This document shows, piece by piece, positions 52,359 through 62,959 of a stretch of 64,000 bases of DNA. Under the pieces are notes generated by a model. The model did not search any database. It was given only the letters and a program-made list of their open reading frames with translations, and was not told the origin of the DNA. The DNA lies in assembly GCA_031835245.2 (NCBI GenBank), contig JAVKOQ020000048.1:186001-250000 (forward strand). Reading direction: 5' to 3'. The first letter of the stretch is position 1. Every line of letters begins with the position of its first letter. The DNA comes from Balamuthia mandrillaris. Taxonomy: Eukaryota. A program made the translations under genes and the position numbers.

Positions 52359-53729
52359 ATGCTGGAGAGCGGCGAGCTGGCAACCTCCTCCTCTTCTGGT
52401 GGCGAGGTGCCCCAAACCCTGCAGGCCTATAACCGTCTTGTTGATTGCCACTTTTTTGTGGCGGGGGAACACGGCTGTTCCAAAGGCCAGGAGTGTGAGT
52501 TCAGGCACTCACAGGCGGCCAAAGACAACCCCAAAGTTTGCAAGTTCTGGTTGCAGGAGGATTGCCTCAACCCCGACTGCAAGTTCCGTCATCCTACCCT
52601 CCCTCGCCAGGTTTTTTCCTTCCCTTCCTTCTTCTCTTCCTTGGCTTGCTGCCGTGGTGCGCAGAGCTAACGAACGCTTCACTGGCAAACCACACAGAAA
52701 GATGGCAGCAGGACATTTTGCTACTACCAGTCAACAGGGCAGTGCACACGGCGTGCTGTCTGCGCATTTTACCATGGGGATGAGCCTCCGGGCAAGCTGG
52801 TGTATGCTGCTTTGTTGCAGCCAGAGTCAGTCGAACTGCCAACCCAGCTGCCCTTACAAAGACAATCAGCTCGAGGCGCAGCAGCAACACTGACTCCCTT
52901 GCCATCCACACAGAGCTCCTCCTCTTCCACGTCAACAACTCCAGCAGCAGAGAGCACGAACAATAATCCCTCCAAGAAACGTAAATTTGTAAAGTCGCTA
53001 GAAGAGCTCTTACAAGAAAAAGGTGAAGCTCAAACCACTGCCCCCACTTCACCTTCACCGTCCCCCAAAGAGGATCGGAAGGGGAAGGCCAAAGCTGACA
53101 CTGAAATAATGACCCAGAGCACTGCCAAAACCGAGGAGTCGCAATCCAACAAAAAGCCTAGACTCGCACAGCAACAGCGAGAACAAGCGGCTACTGGACA
53201 GAATGCTGCCTCCACTTCTGGTGGTGGCCGTAAAGCCGACGGGAGAGTTGCCCGTCGTGCCAAATCGCCTGCTACAAATGGCGGCGGTACGCGCCCTTCC
53301 TTTGGTGTAAAGTCTTTGAACGAGATACTGAAGGAGAGGGATCAAACCAGCACGCCTTCCTCCGCTTCCTCTTCCTCTTCTTCATCTCTCCCTTCAAATA
53401 ACCGGATAGCAGAAGCCTATTCGAAAGCAGATGAGACACGAAAGGGAGTTCCAAGGCCAGCACCCTCAGATCCAATATCACCTGATACATCAGAGCTCGC
53501 ATTACCGTCGTCGACATCGAGTGCAGTGGAACGGAAAGGAATTGGTATTAGGGCAGAGCAGCAGCACAAGGAAGAGAAAGATGAAAGTGTAGATATTGAT
53601 GTGGATGTAGACTTGGAAGTGGACGTGGATGGAGTGGAGGTGGACGTGGATGGAGATATTGACGACGCAGAGTTGCAAGAGATCCTTGGCGCTGATGTGA
53701 CATCTAGCGGCGGTGGTGCTGATATGTAA
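52359..53729 (+). CDS. Triple CCCH zinc-finger protein, ZC3H11A-like
   Basis: DCHFF....CSKGQECEFRHSQAA....VCKFW....C.NPDCKFRHP|...CYYQSTGQCTRRAVCAFYH, two VKSL.E.L motifs and an acidic tail. Confidence 0.75.
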
Positions 53730-54402
53730 CAGTGGCGATAGGACTCTTGCCAGGTTTTTCCAGAAAAAAAGTTTAAAATTACAGAGATCATCTTGGATGG
53801 TTGGTTATAGTCTGAACTTAAATTTTTATGATATATAATAGCCATGTACTACGTCCTTGAGTAAGTAGGTGAAGCGGCTGGCCAGTGGGCTAGTTGACCA
53901 GTTTAACCATGCGAATAATCACGCGGGTACGTGGAATTCTTGAGTTTGGGGAAAGGGGAGATAAAAAAATTCATTGCCATGAATTTTTGTCGACGAACAT
54001 CTCCTCGCGAGAGATGAGAAGTTGGACAAGCAAATACCACATTCCACTAACCCCTGTCTCTTAGGGTAGGTCTTTTTGAAACGCATAGCCTCTGTGCGTT
54101 ACAACTCTGCTATGAATGACTCCGCCTTGCGTCGTGCTCTCCTTTCGAACGACAACGACATTCTTCACGGTGGCCTGCTCCCTTGTTTTTGGGGGGGGTT
54201 CAAAGATAGAAAGTTGGGCCTGTCCATGGCAGCCTTGCTGACCAATGTCGCCCTTCAGAAGGGGACTCCATCCTTGTACTTTCGACAACCATCCCACCAA
54301 AAAGTTTACTTAGTACTACTCTAGTGGTGACAATTGTCTTTCTGTTCACTTGAAAGTGTTCCTACTAAACACCATAAACACATTGTTCGATGTGGCAGCC
54401 TT

Positions 54403-55232
54403 TTACGTCCTTTGCTTCTTCTTAGGGGAGCGGGATTCCTTGTGACGGTCATGGCCGTTATGTGATGGTTGTTGAGGATGGTTGCTTTTGCTGACGGCGG
54501 CTGTTGTCGGCGCTAAAGAAGGGGAAGAAGGACGGCCCTTCCCTGGCTTTTTGCTGCTATTATTTTTTGCAAGGGCTTTGCGCTTGGTGGACGCACCGCT
54601 TTGTGGCTGATCACCTTGTTCGTTCTGGTCGCTGGGCCGAGTCTTCTCAGTGGAACTGGGTGCACGAAGGGAGTGTCGTATGAACCTCTCAGCAGCCTCT
54701 TGGTTTAACCGGAGGTTGGGTTTGTAGTCCTCGTTGGTGGACTGGTCAACTGTTAGCCCACTGGCCAGCCGCTTGACCTTCTGGATGTAGCTCTTCACTC
54801 TGTCCTGGTGGAAAGGGGATACCCCCGAGTGTGAAAAAAACAAACACAAGAGGAGGGCAAACAAAAACAAAAACAAAAAAGAAAAGGGTTTTTGCTGAGC
54901 AAATGCCTGCCTCTTACCAATTCAGCTTTGACAGGGTGACCTTGTGGGCTCACCCCCTGAGTTTTTAAATAGACTGGTTGCAGGAGGTGGTGGTTAGTAC
55001 GCAAGCGCGGAGCCAACAAAATAAAGGGGGCAGGTGCCCTACCATAGTACAGCGAGTTGAGGGTATAGCTGAGCATGACGTGCAGCTTGGCCCTTTCAAC
55101 TTCGGAGAGACCAGCGTGGACGTCCTCTTGCGTGGCTCTAAGAAACGAACCCACCAATTCCTGCAATGTTTGTACAGTTTGCTCCAGCGCCTCAACCGTA
55201 GAGTACACTTCCAACGGAACCTCGTCTGCCAT
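54403..55232 (-). CDS. C1D: C1D / Rrp47 (Sas10/Utp3/C1D family) nuclear exosome cofactor
   Basis: LSEVERAKLHVMLSYTLNSLYY|VYLKTQGVSPQGHPVKAEL|DRVKSYIQKVK...LNQEAAERFIRHSL. Confidence 0.9.
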
Positions 55233-55304
55233 TCTGCCGAATATAGCTGCTTTGAGGTGCTTAGTTTCTTCCTTCGTTTTCTTTTCTCCCTGTCGACAAT
55301 AAAT

Positions 55305-55445
55305 TTACTCACGGGGCGCTTGATCTTTCTTGACAACGGTGCCGGCACCCAAGCAACCTTACCGCCTACCGCCCCCCGCCCCCTCAGAGAGGAGGAGGAG
55401 GTGGTGGTAAGTGCTTGCAACGTGAAAAAGCGGATCAAGATGTTT
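55305..55445 (-). ncRNA. Candidate Fanzor omegaRNA scaffold
   Basis: Lies at the 3' end of the TnpB frame. Contains the 12-nt palindrome GGTGCCGGCACC (55338-55349), GCTTG/CAAGC and GGGGCG/CGCCCC pairings, and the CTTGATC/GATCAAG inverted repeat (55319-55325 vs 55433-55439). Confidence 0.4.
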
Positions 55446-56030
55446 CGGGCGGCGTTGGCACTCGATCGGCCTATTGGTAGCCACACTCGGGTTGAGGGCA
55501 CCGAAAGGTCTTGTTTCCCCCCAACCGGTGGTGGACTTGGCCGCACTTGCCGCAGGTCTTGGAGGTGCATTCCTCATCGCAGAGGCAGACCGTACAGGAC
55601 GGAAATTGCTTGGCCTTGTTGAGGAGCCTCTGCCTGAAGCGATAGTGAACCAGGTGAGCATGGCTCTGGCCGTTCGCGAGCCAATGCGGCGGTGGCCTCG
55701 CCGCACCATCTGCTGGCTCCTGAACTCTGGCAGAAGGATGAGGGAGAAGTTCCTGACCAACCAAGACACAAGCTTCTTGTGGAGGTCCTCCACCAGGTTG
55801 CGGATCCTCTGGCGAAGCTGAGCAGCGGCCCTTCGGAGACGGCGCCGTTGCCTGTGGTTGCCCTTGGTGCCCTTACTCTGCATGCGATCCAGGCGGCGGC
55901 ACAGCTTGCCTATCTCGTTGATGTCCGCTTTGCCCCACTCGGTGACCTCCCCGCAGCCGTTGTAGGTGGTCATGAATGTGCGCACTCCTGGATCCAAAGC
56001 GATGATGCCTGCCTCTCTCCTTCGGTGCTT
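55310..56030 (-). mobile_element. tnpB: Fanzor2 / IS607-type TnpB relic (5'-truncated, inactivated), including the putative right end
   Basis: RuvC-I IIALDPGVRTF (Asp 55992-55994); bridge helix RLRRAAAQLRQRIRNLVEDLHKK; ILLPEF; LTW/HYRFRQRL; CDEECTSKTCGKCG...FRCPQPECG zinc finger; DR/ANAARNI. Intronless and visibly GC-richer (roughly 60-68% in sampled lines) than its flanks. Confidence 0.92.
55420..56030 (-). pseudogene. Fanzor/TnpB coding remnant with two 1-nt deletions and a stop
   Basis: Frameshift at about 55648 (TGG TT CAC); TAG at 55471-55473; frameshift at 55460-55461 (GAT reduced to GT) removing the RuvC-III Asp. An in-frame TAG at 56034-56036 bounds the 5' end, so the N-terminal REC/WED region is absent. 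Confidence 0.88.
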
Positions 56031-56366
56031 AAACTATTGGACTATTTTTTTCTAACCCTTCTTTTCTTTCTTTACACCATTCAAGGAAGCATCATTCCTA
56101 CATTTATTTAACTACATTAGGATATGAGTGGCAATCCTCCTCCCCGCCACCTTGCCCTCACAGACGTGGGAGAAGGAAGGGTTGTTTTGGCGGGAATCAT
56201 GCTCATTGGCCCAAAAGACTAATTCGTGGTTTCTTTTTTTTGTGTCCTTAGATCTTATGATCTTGGCGCCGCCTGGATCCAGCACTTCACTGTCAAGTGT
56301 GAGAAGAGAGAAAGACCGAGAAGAAAGAAGCAGAGTACTGGTCCCCCCCCCCCCGTCCGCTGAAAG

Positions 56367-58824
56367 ATGGAAATCACCAAAGAGAACCTCCAGGCGCAAC
56401 TTCCGTCCTTGGAAGAGGCGATAGAGCGCTGCGAGTTTTTGAGTTTTGACGGTGAAATGACGGGAATCACGCTGGACTACAAAGAGGAACGCCTCCATGC
56501 ATTGGACACAGTGGAGCAACGATATCAAAAGTTGTGTGCCTCTGCGCAAAACTTCCTCACAATACAGTGGGGTCTTTGTGCGTTCATACCAGAGGGGGAT
56601 GGGTAGGTAACACAGTTAAAAACTGGAACAACAACCAAACGGAGACTAAAGCTAGCTTCTTCCCAAAAGGTACAAAGCAGAGCCTTTTAACTTTTATCTT
56701 TTCCCAAAACCATTTCGCAAGGGAGCGGAGCAATATTTTCTGTCTCAAGTCTCTTCTATTCACTTTTTAGCCTCAAATGGCTTTGACTTTAACAAGCTGA
56801 TATACCACGGTAAGCCCCTTGAAGAGACTTATCTTTGTTGCTTCCCAAGGTCACTCAAACAGTAATACTTCTTCTTTGTTCCCTTGACAAGGTATCCCTT
56901 GGCTAACACGCGAGGAAGAAGAACGACAACGACCAAAACAGGAGCCCACTTCACCATTGCCTCCTAGTGATATTGTTTTAAACGAGAAAGATAAAGAGTT
57001 CCTGAAGCCAATTCATACTATGATAGAGGAATGGTTGCAATCCTCAACAGAGCAAGCTCTCCAGCTTGCTCCTTGCAACTCCTATCAACGGCGTTTGCTC
57101 TACCAAGAAATAGGAAAGCGGTAAAAGAAGTCGTCTATTCTGTTTCAGTTTCTGTTTACAAACCCGTTCTTCACTTAAAGCTTCGCTGACTTGTTACTAC
57201 ATTTTAATTTTGCCTCTGTCAGCTATAATAACCGTTTGCATGTGGAGGCTCACAGTGTTGAAAACACTCACCTTCGTAGCGTGAGTATCAGTCGCATGAC
57301 GGAGGAAGAGAAAAGCCAACGGCAAAGGGAACAACTACAGCACTCAATGGTTTGTTTAGCCACATGAAATCTATTCCTCTGCCTTAACCGTCATTCTCAC
57401 AACTTGAAGGATGAGCTAGAGGAAGCAATTGGCTTTCGCAAAGTCTTGGAGATGCTCATCAGGCATCACAAACCTCTTGTTGGGTATTTCTTCCTTATTG
57501 TTCCCTTCCCCAACGTTTTGTTTCTTGCTTTTGGTTTTTCCTGTATTGAATAGTTTTCTTTGCCACTATGGAACAGGCATAATATGCTTCTTGATCTACT
57601 TCACCTCTTTTCCTTTATTTATCAACTGCCTTCAACTGTGTTTGATTTCAAGGCGAAGGCTACTGAGCTCTTTCCTTGGTATGTGCACATTCTACGAAGG
57701 GACACTAGGTCGTTTTTTTGTAGTTATTAATTGTTTCTCATGAAATATTTTTGACAGCATTCTGGATACTAAGTACCTAGCTACTGCTTCTAACCATTTT
57801 AAAGTAAGAAGCACAGCCCCTTAAACCCTTAAATTCTGAAGCCTTCAGAATAATTCAATTTTTGTAATACATAGGATTTATTGCCTTCCACCTCATTGGA
57901 AGATTTATATCGAACCTTCAATAGTCTAGAGTATCAGTCCAAACCGACTGTTGAATTATCGGATAGGTGTGCTGAATTTAATACCTACAGCATTGACACA
58001 TCTCGATTCCATGAAGCAGGCTTTGATGCCTTTATCACAGGATTATCTTATATTAGAATGCTGCATAAAATAGGTAGACAGTTAATAATCCTTTTTTTTT
58101 GGTACTCATTAACATGAATGGATCAATAGCATTGGAAGAGAATTGGCAAAGTCCTTTTACTCCAGCTTCTGGTAGGGTTTAAGTATTGTCCATATCACTT
58201 CAATATTAACTCACCATTTCAATTTATAACATTGCAGGGTTATTAGATCAGTATGTCAACAAATTATATTTAATGCGTTCTGATATCCCATATTTTCAGA
58301 TGAATGGTCTTCAAGGTAACATTATTTTATTTTTCACCAATTTAGCTTTCTTTTCACATCAATCCACAGAACCACCAGATAGATCCAATGTTTTTTATGT
58401 TTTTGGCTTTGATAGTGCATTACAGACAACAGACATTGTGAGACACTTTGAGGACTTCAGCAGAGTATTTGTTACCTGGCTGGATAGCACATCCTTATTA
58501 GTTGCTTTAGAAGATAAAGAACAAAGCCAGCAGGTTATACCACATTTTCAGACCCTTCCCAGTCCTCCTTTTCATATTCTTGATTATGACACCTATCAAC
58601 ACATGTTTGCTCAGCATTCTGCTAGCCACTCCTCTTTCATGTCTATAACTAATGAAGTGAAACAGCATTTAAACTACAAAAGAAAAAGAAACACATTGTC
58701 TACAAATGAAAAAACAGAATTTGCACAGCCAATAAGGAAAAAAGTAACTTCAAACATTAATGAAGAAAAGGAAGAAGGAGAAATTGTTGAAGAACAACAA
58801 CATAATGATGTTAAAGAAAAATAA
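56367..58824 (+). CDS. PARN: Poly(A)-specific ribonuclease (DEDDh CAF1 family, R3H and RRM domains)
   Basis: FLSFDGEMTGI, FNFYLFP, FLASNGFDFNKL, R3H CNSYQRRLLYQEI, G|HNMLLD, LDTKYL, FHEAGFDAFITG, RRM PDRSNVFYVFGF...TWLDSTS. Confidence 0.93.
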
Positions 58825-61314
58825 ACAAAATACCTTTAATATTCAGTCTCAATACCTATCTTTTTCTTTCTTCTTTTCTATTTTTTACATCACTTCAAAA
58901 GATTGATGGAATATAAAAAATAGTTTTGAATACAACATGGTCTAAACTTATAATATTTTAAAAAAATGATTTATAATAATTAAAAAACCTATAAATAAAA
59001 TAAAAAATAACCCTAATTAACTTTACTTTTTTCTATTACCGTGCACAATCAAGTTTTTCCAAATTTCTGGGTTTATCCGTATTTTCTCACACAGAACAAG
59101 TGGGAAAAAAAGTATTTTGGAAAAACTTGAAAGTGCTGGGTAATATTCCTTAAACTCTATTTTTTATTTATTTTATAATATACTACTTTATTATAAGGGA
59201 AAAAAAACAAATATATTTTATAATTAATTACTTTTTTTAAGGGAGCATACTTGTTTTTGTCCCATAATTCGAGGGTATTTTGTTTTGCCCTCTTTCTGCA
59301 CAAAAAAAGCATTACATCAAAAAAAAAAAAAAAAACAAAAAACAAAAAACAAAGAACCTCTTCAAAACAAAAAAGGGTGTTCCTTTTTGGAAATTATTTT
59401 TGATAAATAATGAATAAACATTTTTCTATTGAATATAAAACATTTGAAATTAATTTTGTTCATAGTTATTGACAATCAAATATCTGTAATGGAAATAAAA
59501 AAATGAAAAAATTAAGGAAAAAAAAAACAGAAAAAAGAAACTATTATACTTGAGTAGAAATAGTAAATTCTAGCAAAGTTAAAAAAACGTTTATGAAGCT
59601 TGATCTAATAGAAAAACAAAAAAGTGACCAAACCAAAGTGTATTTTAAATGAAAAAAAGAAAACAATAAAGAATCTTTAGTGTTGCTTAAAAAACACTTT
59701 ATAGCTTTATGAAGTTGGTAACAGGTTAGATCAACCAGGTATTATCCCTTTTGATAACATTTGTGTATACATAACACTGAGTTGGGCCAAAATACCTGTT
59801 TTTATAACATTGCCTAGAAAGCAATTTGTAAAACCTTCAAATATAATACTACCAGTGTAGTTCTTTACAAAAGCAGTTTTTCACTGGGATGTTGGCCAGA
59901 ATCAGAAGTCCTGGTCTGTGTTGTACTAGCTGATAGGACAAGGACCTGTCCTGAGAGAGCAAAAGGCCTGAGTCTCCAAGGGCCTTGCTAACAGGAAGGA
60001 GAGGGTAGGAAGAGGCTAGTCAAGGCCTTGTTGATAGCTACCAGGAGATAAGCAGTGACTTACATTTTTTTTAAGTGCAGTGATCTCCTGGTCATGGACA
60101 GGGAAAACTAGTAAATGCCTGAGATGTGGAAAAGAATATGGCAAGAGCACAAAAACGAGAGAAAGAGAGAGAGAGAGAAAGAAAAAAGAGAAAGAGAAGA
60201 GAAGAGAGAATAAGAGAGAAAAGAAAGAGAAAATAACACAAACTATAAAAAGAATGAGGAGTGCTGGTTCTATCATCAGCGCCATAGCCATGAAGCCACT
60301 GATGAATGTCATCAGGAAAAAATAAAGGATTGGCAGGTCGCTACATGCTTCCATTGATAAGTGGGCCTGTTGGATTTTTGTTGACATAAGCAAAAGAAAA
60401 AAACATGCTTCAGTTGTCTGCTGTCCACTGCAAATTTCAAGTTAGTGAGGTGATCTTTTTCTGCAAGCTATATATGTGCACTTTCGTTTATCTTCAAGCT
60501 GCACACATGTGTGCACTTCTAATACTTTTTTTTTTCATCAGTCTGTACATATGTGCTCATGTTGATCATTGTCTTTTCCCATCTTTTTGTTTTTCTTCTT
60601 TCTTCTAATAAATCATTTTCTTTCAATCTGTACCTACAAAGAGAGATGATTAAGCAACCATTCTACACCATTATATAGTCTCTTTTATCACTATCATCAA
60701 CTATGATGATAGTTTTTCTGTGTAGGTCTTTGCTTGCTTACTGGCCAAGTAGTAGTAGTAATAAGAAGTTTATTTGCTCTAAGAGCAACACCTGTCTATA
60801 TAAAAAGTAAGCATTGTACATACATAGTACTGGCCAAGTATTTTTTTGTAATCCTTTCAAAAATTTTTCTTTATATGGCTGAGATCATGCACCACCTTCA
60901 CTGAACTAAGCCTTGGATCTTCTTGTTGTTGGGAGATGTTAGAAAGGGAATAGGACCAAGAAAAAAGACAACAGAGTGATGAGAGCCCAATGTAATTTAA
61001 TGCATAAAAAGAAAAAAGTGTGTGAGTGTGTGTATATTTGTCCTCTTGTTTTGTGAACTGCAACCTTAGTGAGGAAAATGAAAGAAGAACCCAATTTATA
61101 GTTAGGAAGGGAACCTTAAGAGCCAGAGATTGAGGGTTCGTCAGTAAAATTGCCAATTCTCAATTTCTGAACTTGAAGAAACTTCACAGGAAATGACCAG
61201 GAACAACAAGTTGATCTTTGGTGTCAAAAAGATTAATTAACAGAGTGATATCAGTTGTCAGCAGAAAAAGATCAAGGAGAAAGAAGGAAGAAGGGAGGAG
61301 AAAAGAGTTGATTA

Positions 61315-61507
61315 TGTTGGCAGTTGCCCACAGAGATATAAACCCTGCAAATCAAGAAAGGATGGCATGTAGGTGACTCTTCCTTTTGTTTATTTTCCCC
61401 TTCTCTTTGTTTAAAAGCTCATTCAACACCTTTCACTTGTAAACAAAAAACAATTAGGAAGGCATTGAGGATAAGTGAGTAAGAAATTTTCCTCTTTTCT
61501 TGCAACA
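61315..61507 (+). repeat. Possible LTR remnant
   Basis: TGTTG...CAACA inverted termini about 190 bp apart with an internal TATAAA, just upstream of the Gypsy fragments. No second copy or TSD was seen. Confidence 0.25.
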
Positions 61508-61639
61508 TATTCAAAGCACACACTTTGGTTCACCCAAAGATGACTGTAACATGTTTGACAAAGATCTGTGTGTTAAGCTTCCTCTCAACATTGCTCAAGA
61601 TTGCTGAAGGCATCCACAATACACTCCAACACAACCAGC

Positions 61640-62400
61640 AAGTGCCTCATGGTCCCAGCAGTACTCTTCCAGAGAGTGTTATCTACCTTAATGCTGGTGA
61701 TGCTAAACCTGTTTTTCATAAGCAATATACCATTCCTCACGTGTATCATAGCCCTCTCTTCACTGTTCGCTCCTTTAGCAACTGAATTTCACTGTAGACA
61801 TGGAGTTGTCAACCAAAGCAAAATCACATCCCTTCTTTCTCTGAACAAAAACGCCTCCTGCAGCTGTTTCACACAAAAGGACATCATGGAGCAGAAACCT
61901 TGTTCATCAAGATCTGAAATAAAGGCTATTATGGCCTACTTTCCATGCTGACTGTTCTCACACTTGCCTGCAACAACTGCCTTAAGCATAACATTACCAA
62001 ACACAGCTTTCATCCCCTGAAAACTATCCATGCTACTTACTCCTTCATCACAACATCACCATCAATCTGTTTGGCCCACTTCCCACTTCCTCCAAAGGCT
62101 TCAACTATGTTCTGATTACCACAGACATTGCTACCTGGTTCACTTTTCTCTTCCCAGTCCACGTCAAGACTTCCAAAGATGTGACCTCTACTTTCTATCA
62201 CTTTGTCTCTGATTTTGGTCTTCCTAAGATCCTTCAGTAAGACAATGAGCACTGAGTTTGTCAACACAGTCATCAAAGCTCTTGACCCACTCTCTGGCTT
62301 TGAGCACCAATTCATCTTGGCCTATCATCCTGAAGCTGACAGAGCTGCAAAAAGCCACGGTAAGCTGGCCTGCAACACTCTTGATATACATTGTGAACAA
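61640..62400 (+). mobile_element. Decayed, internally deleted Ty3/Gypsy-type LTR retrotransposon (pre-RT segment, RNase H end, integrase)
   Basis: LPESVIYL...PVFHKQYTIP; integrase zinc finger HTKGHHG...CNNCLKHNITKHSFHPL; core ITINLFGPLPTSSKGFNYVLITTDIATWFTFL...FGLPKILQ*DN/TEFVN...AYHP. Stops and frameshifts throughout. Confidence 0.85.
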
Positions 62401-62959
62401 AATTGCAAACTGCCTCAAGTATTTTATGCTCAACAGTGGTCTTAGCTCAAAGGCAACAACACACCAAGCCTGAAAAGGTCAAAGAAGGCAAAAAGAGCCT
62501 CTTTTTTGACAGTACACCTCATGTAACAGACACCCCCTACTGTGTAGCTGGTCTATCATTTATAGAGCACCCATTACTTCTCCAGACTCTGTTTTCCTCT
62601 AAGATTCCAACTGGTCTACTTGCTCACAACCCTGAATGTGATGGCCACCTGGAATCCTTTTGTTGGCAACTGGAGAACAACTAGCATTCCAACTTGTGGA
62701 ATATGGCCCTAGCAAAGTACACACATGTAAAACTACTTCCAGTGGAACAATATAGTTGTACCTTGCTATGGTATCAGGCCAGAGATTTCTACACCGCCCA
62801 CTTCAGCAGTAATGCAGAACTTCAGACTTGTCTCTATGACGACTTCTTCAAGCTGAATGTTCTTATTTCACAACAAAGCAAAGTGTTATTACAATAAACT
62901 AAACAGTGAATTCATTGTTGTTAACCATTGTAATGATAAGTGTTGGTGATTTTTACCAT

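Noticed and set aside
54045..54070. CTAACCC...TTAGGG in the ZC3H11/C1D intergenic region as a telomerase RNA template or telomeric seed
   Set aside because: Only 7 nt of template-like sequence, with no 1.5-repeat template and no other supporting structure.
54965..55570. 201-aa ORF running from the Fanzor C-terminus into C1D as a Fanzor-C1D fusion protein
   Set aside because: It overlaps C1D in a different frame, has no credible start, and the Fanzor part is interrupted upstream.
55420..56030. Fanzor lesions as mere sequencing errors hiding an active nuclease
   Set aside because: The deletions are not in long homopolymers, there is also a nonsense codon, and the whole N-terminal half is missing. 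Raw reads should still be checked.
60016..60393. Hydrophobic minus-strand ORF in the AT-rich block
   Set aside because: Much of it is translated (GA)-rich simple sequence and it has no recognisable domain, so it cannot be supported as a gene.
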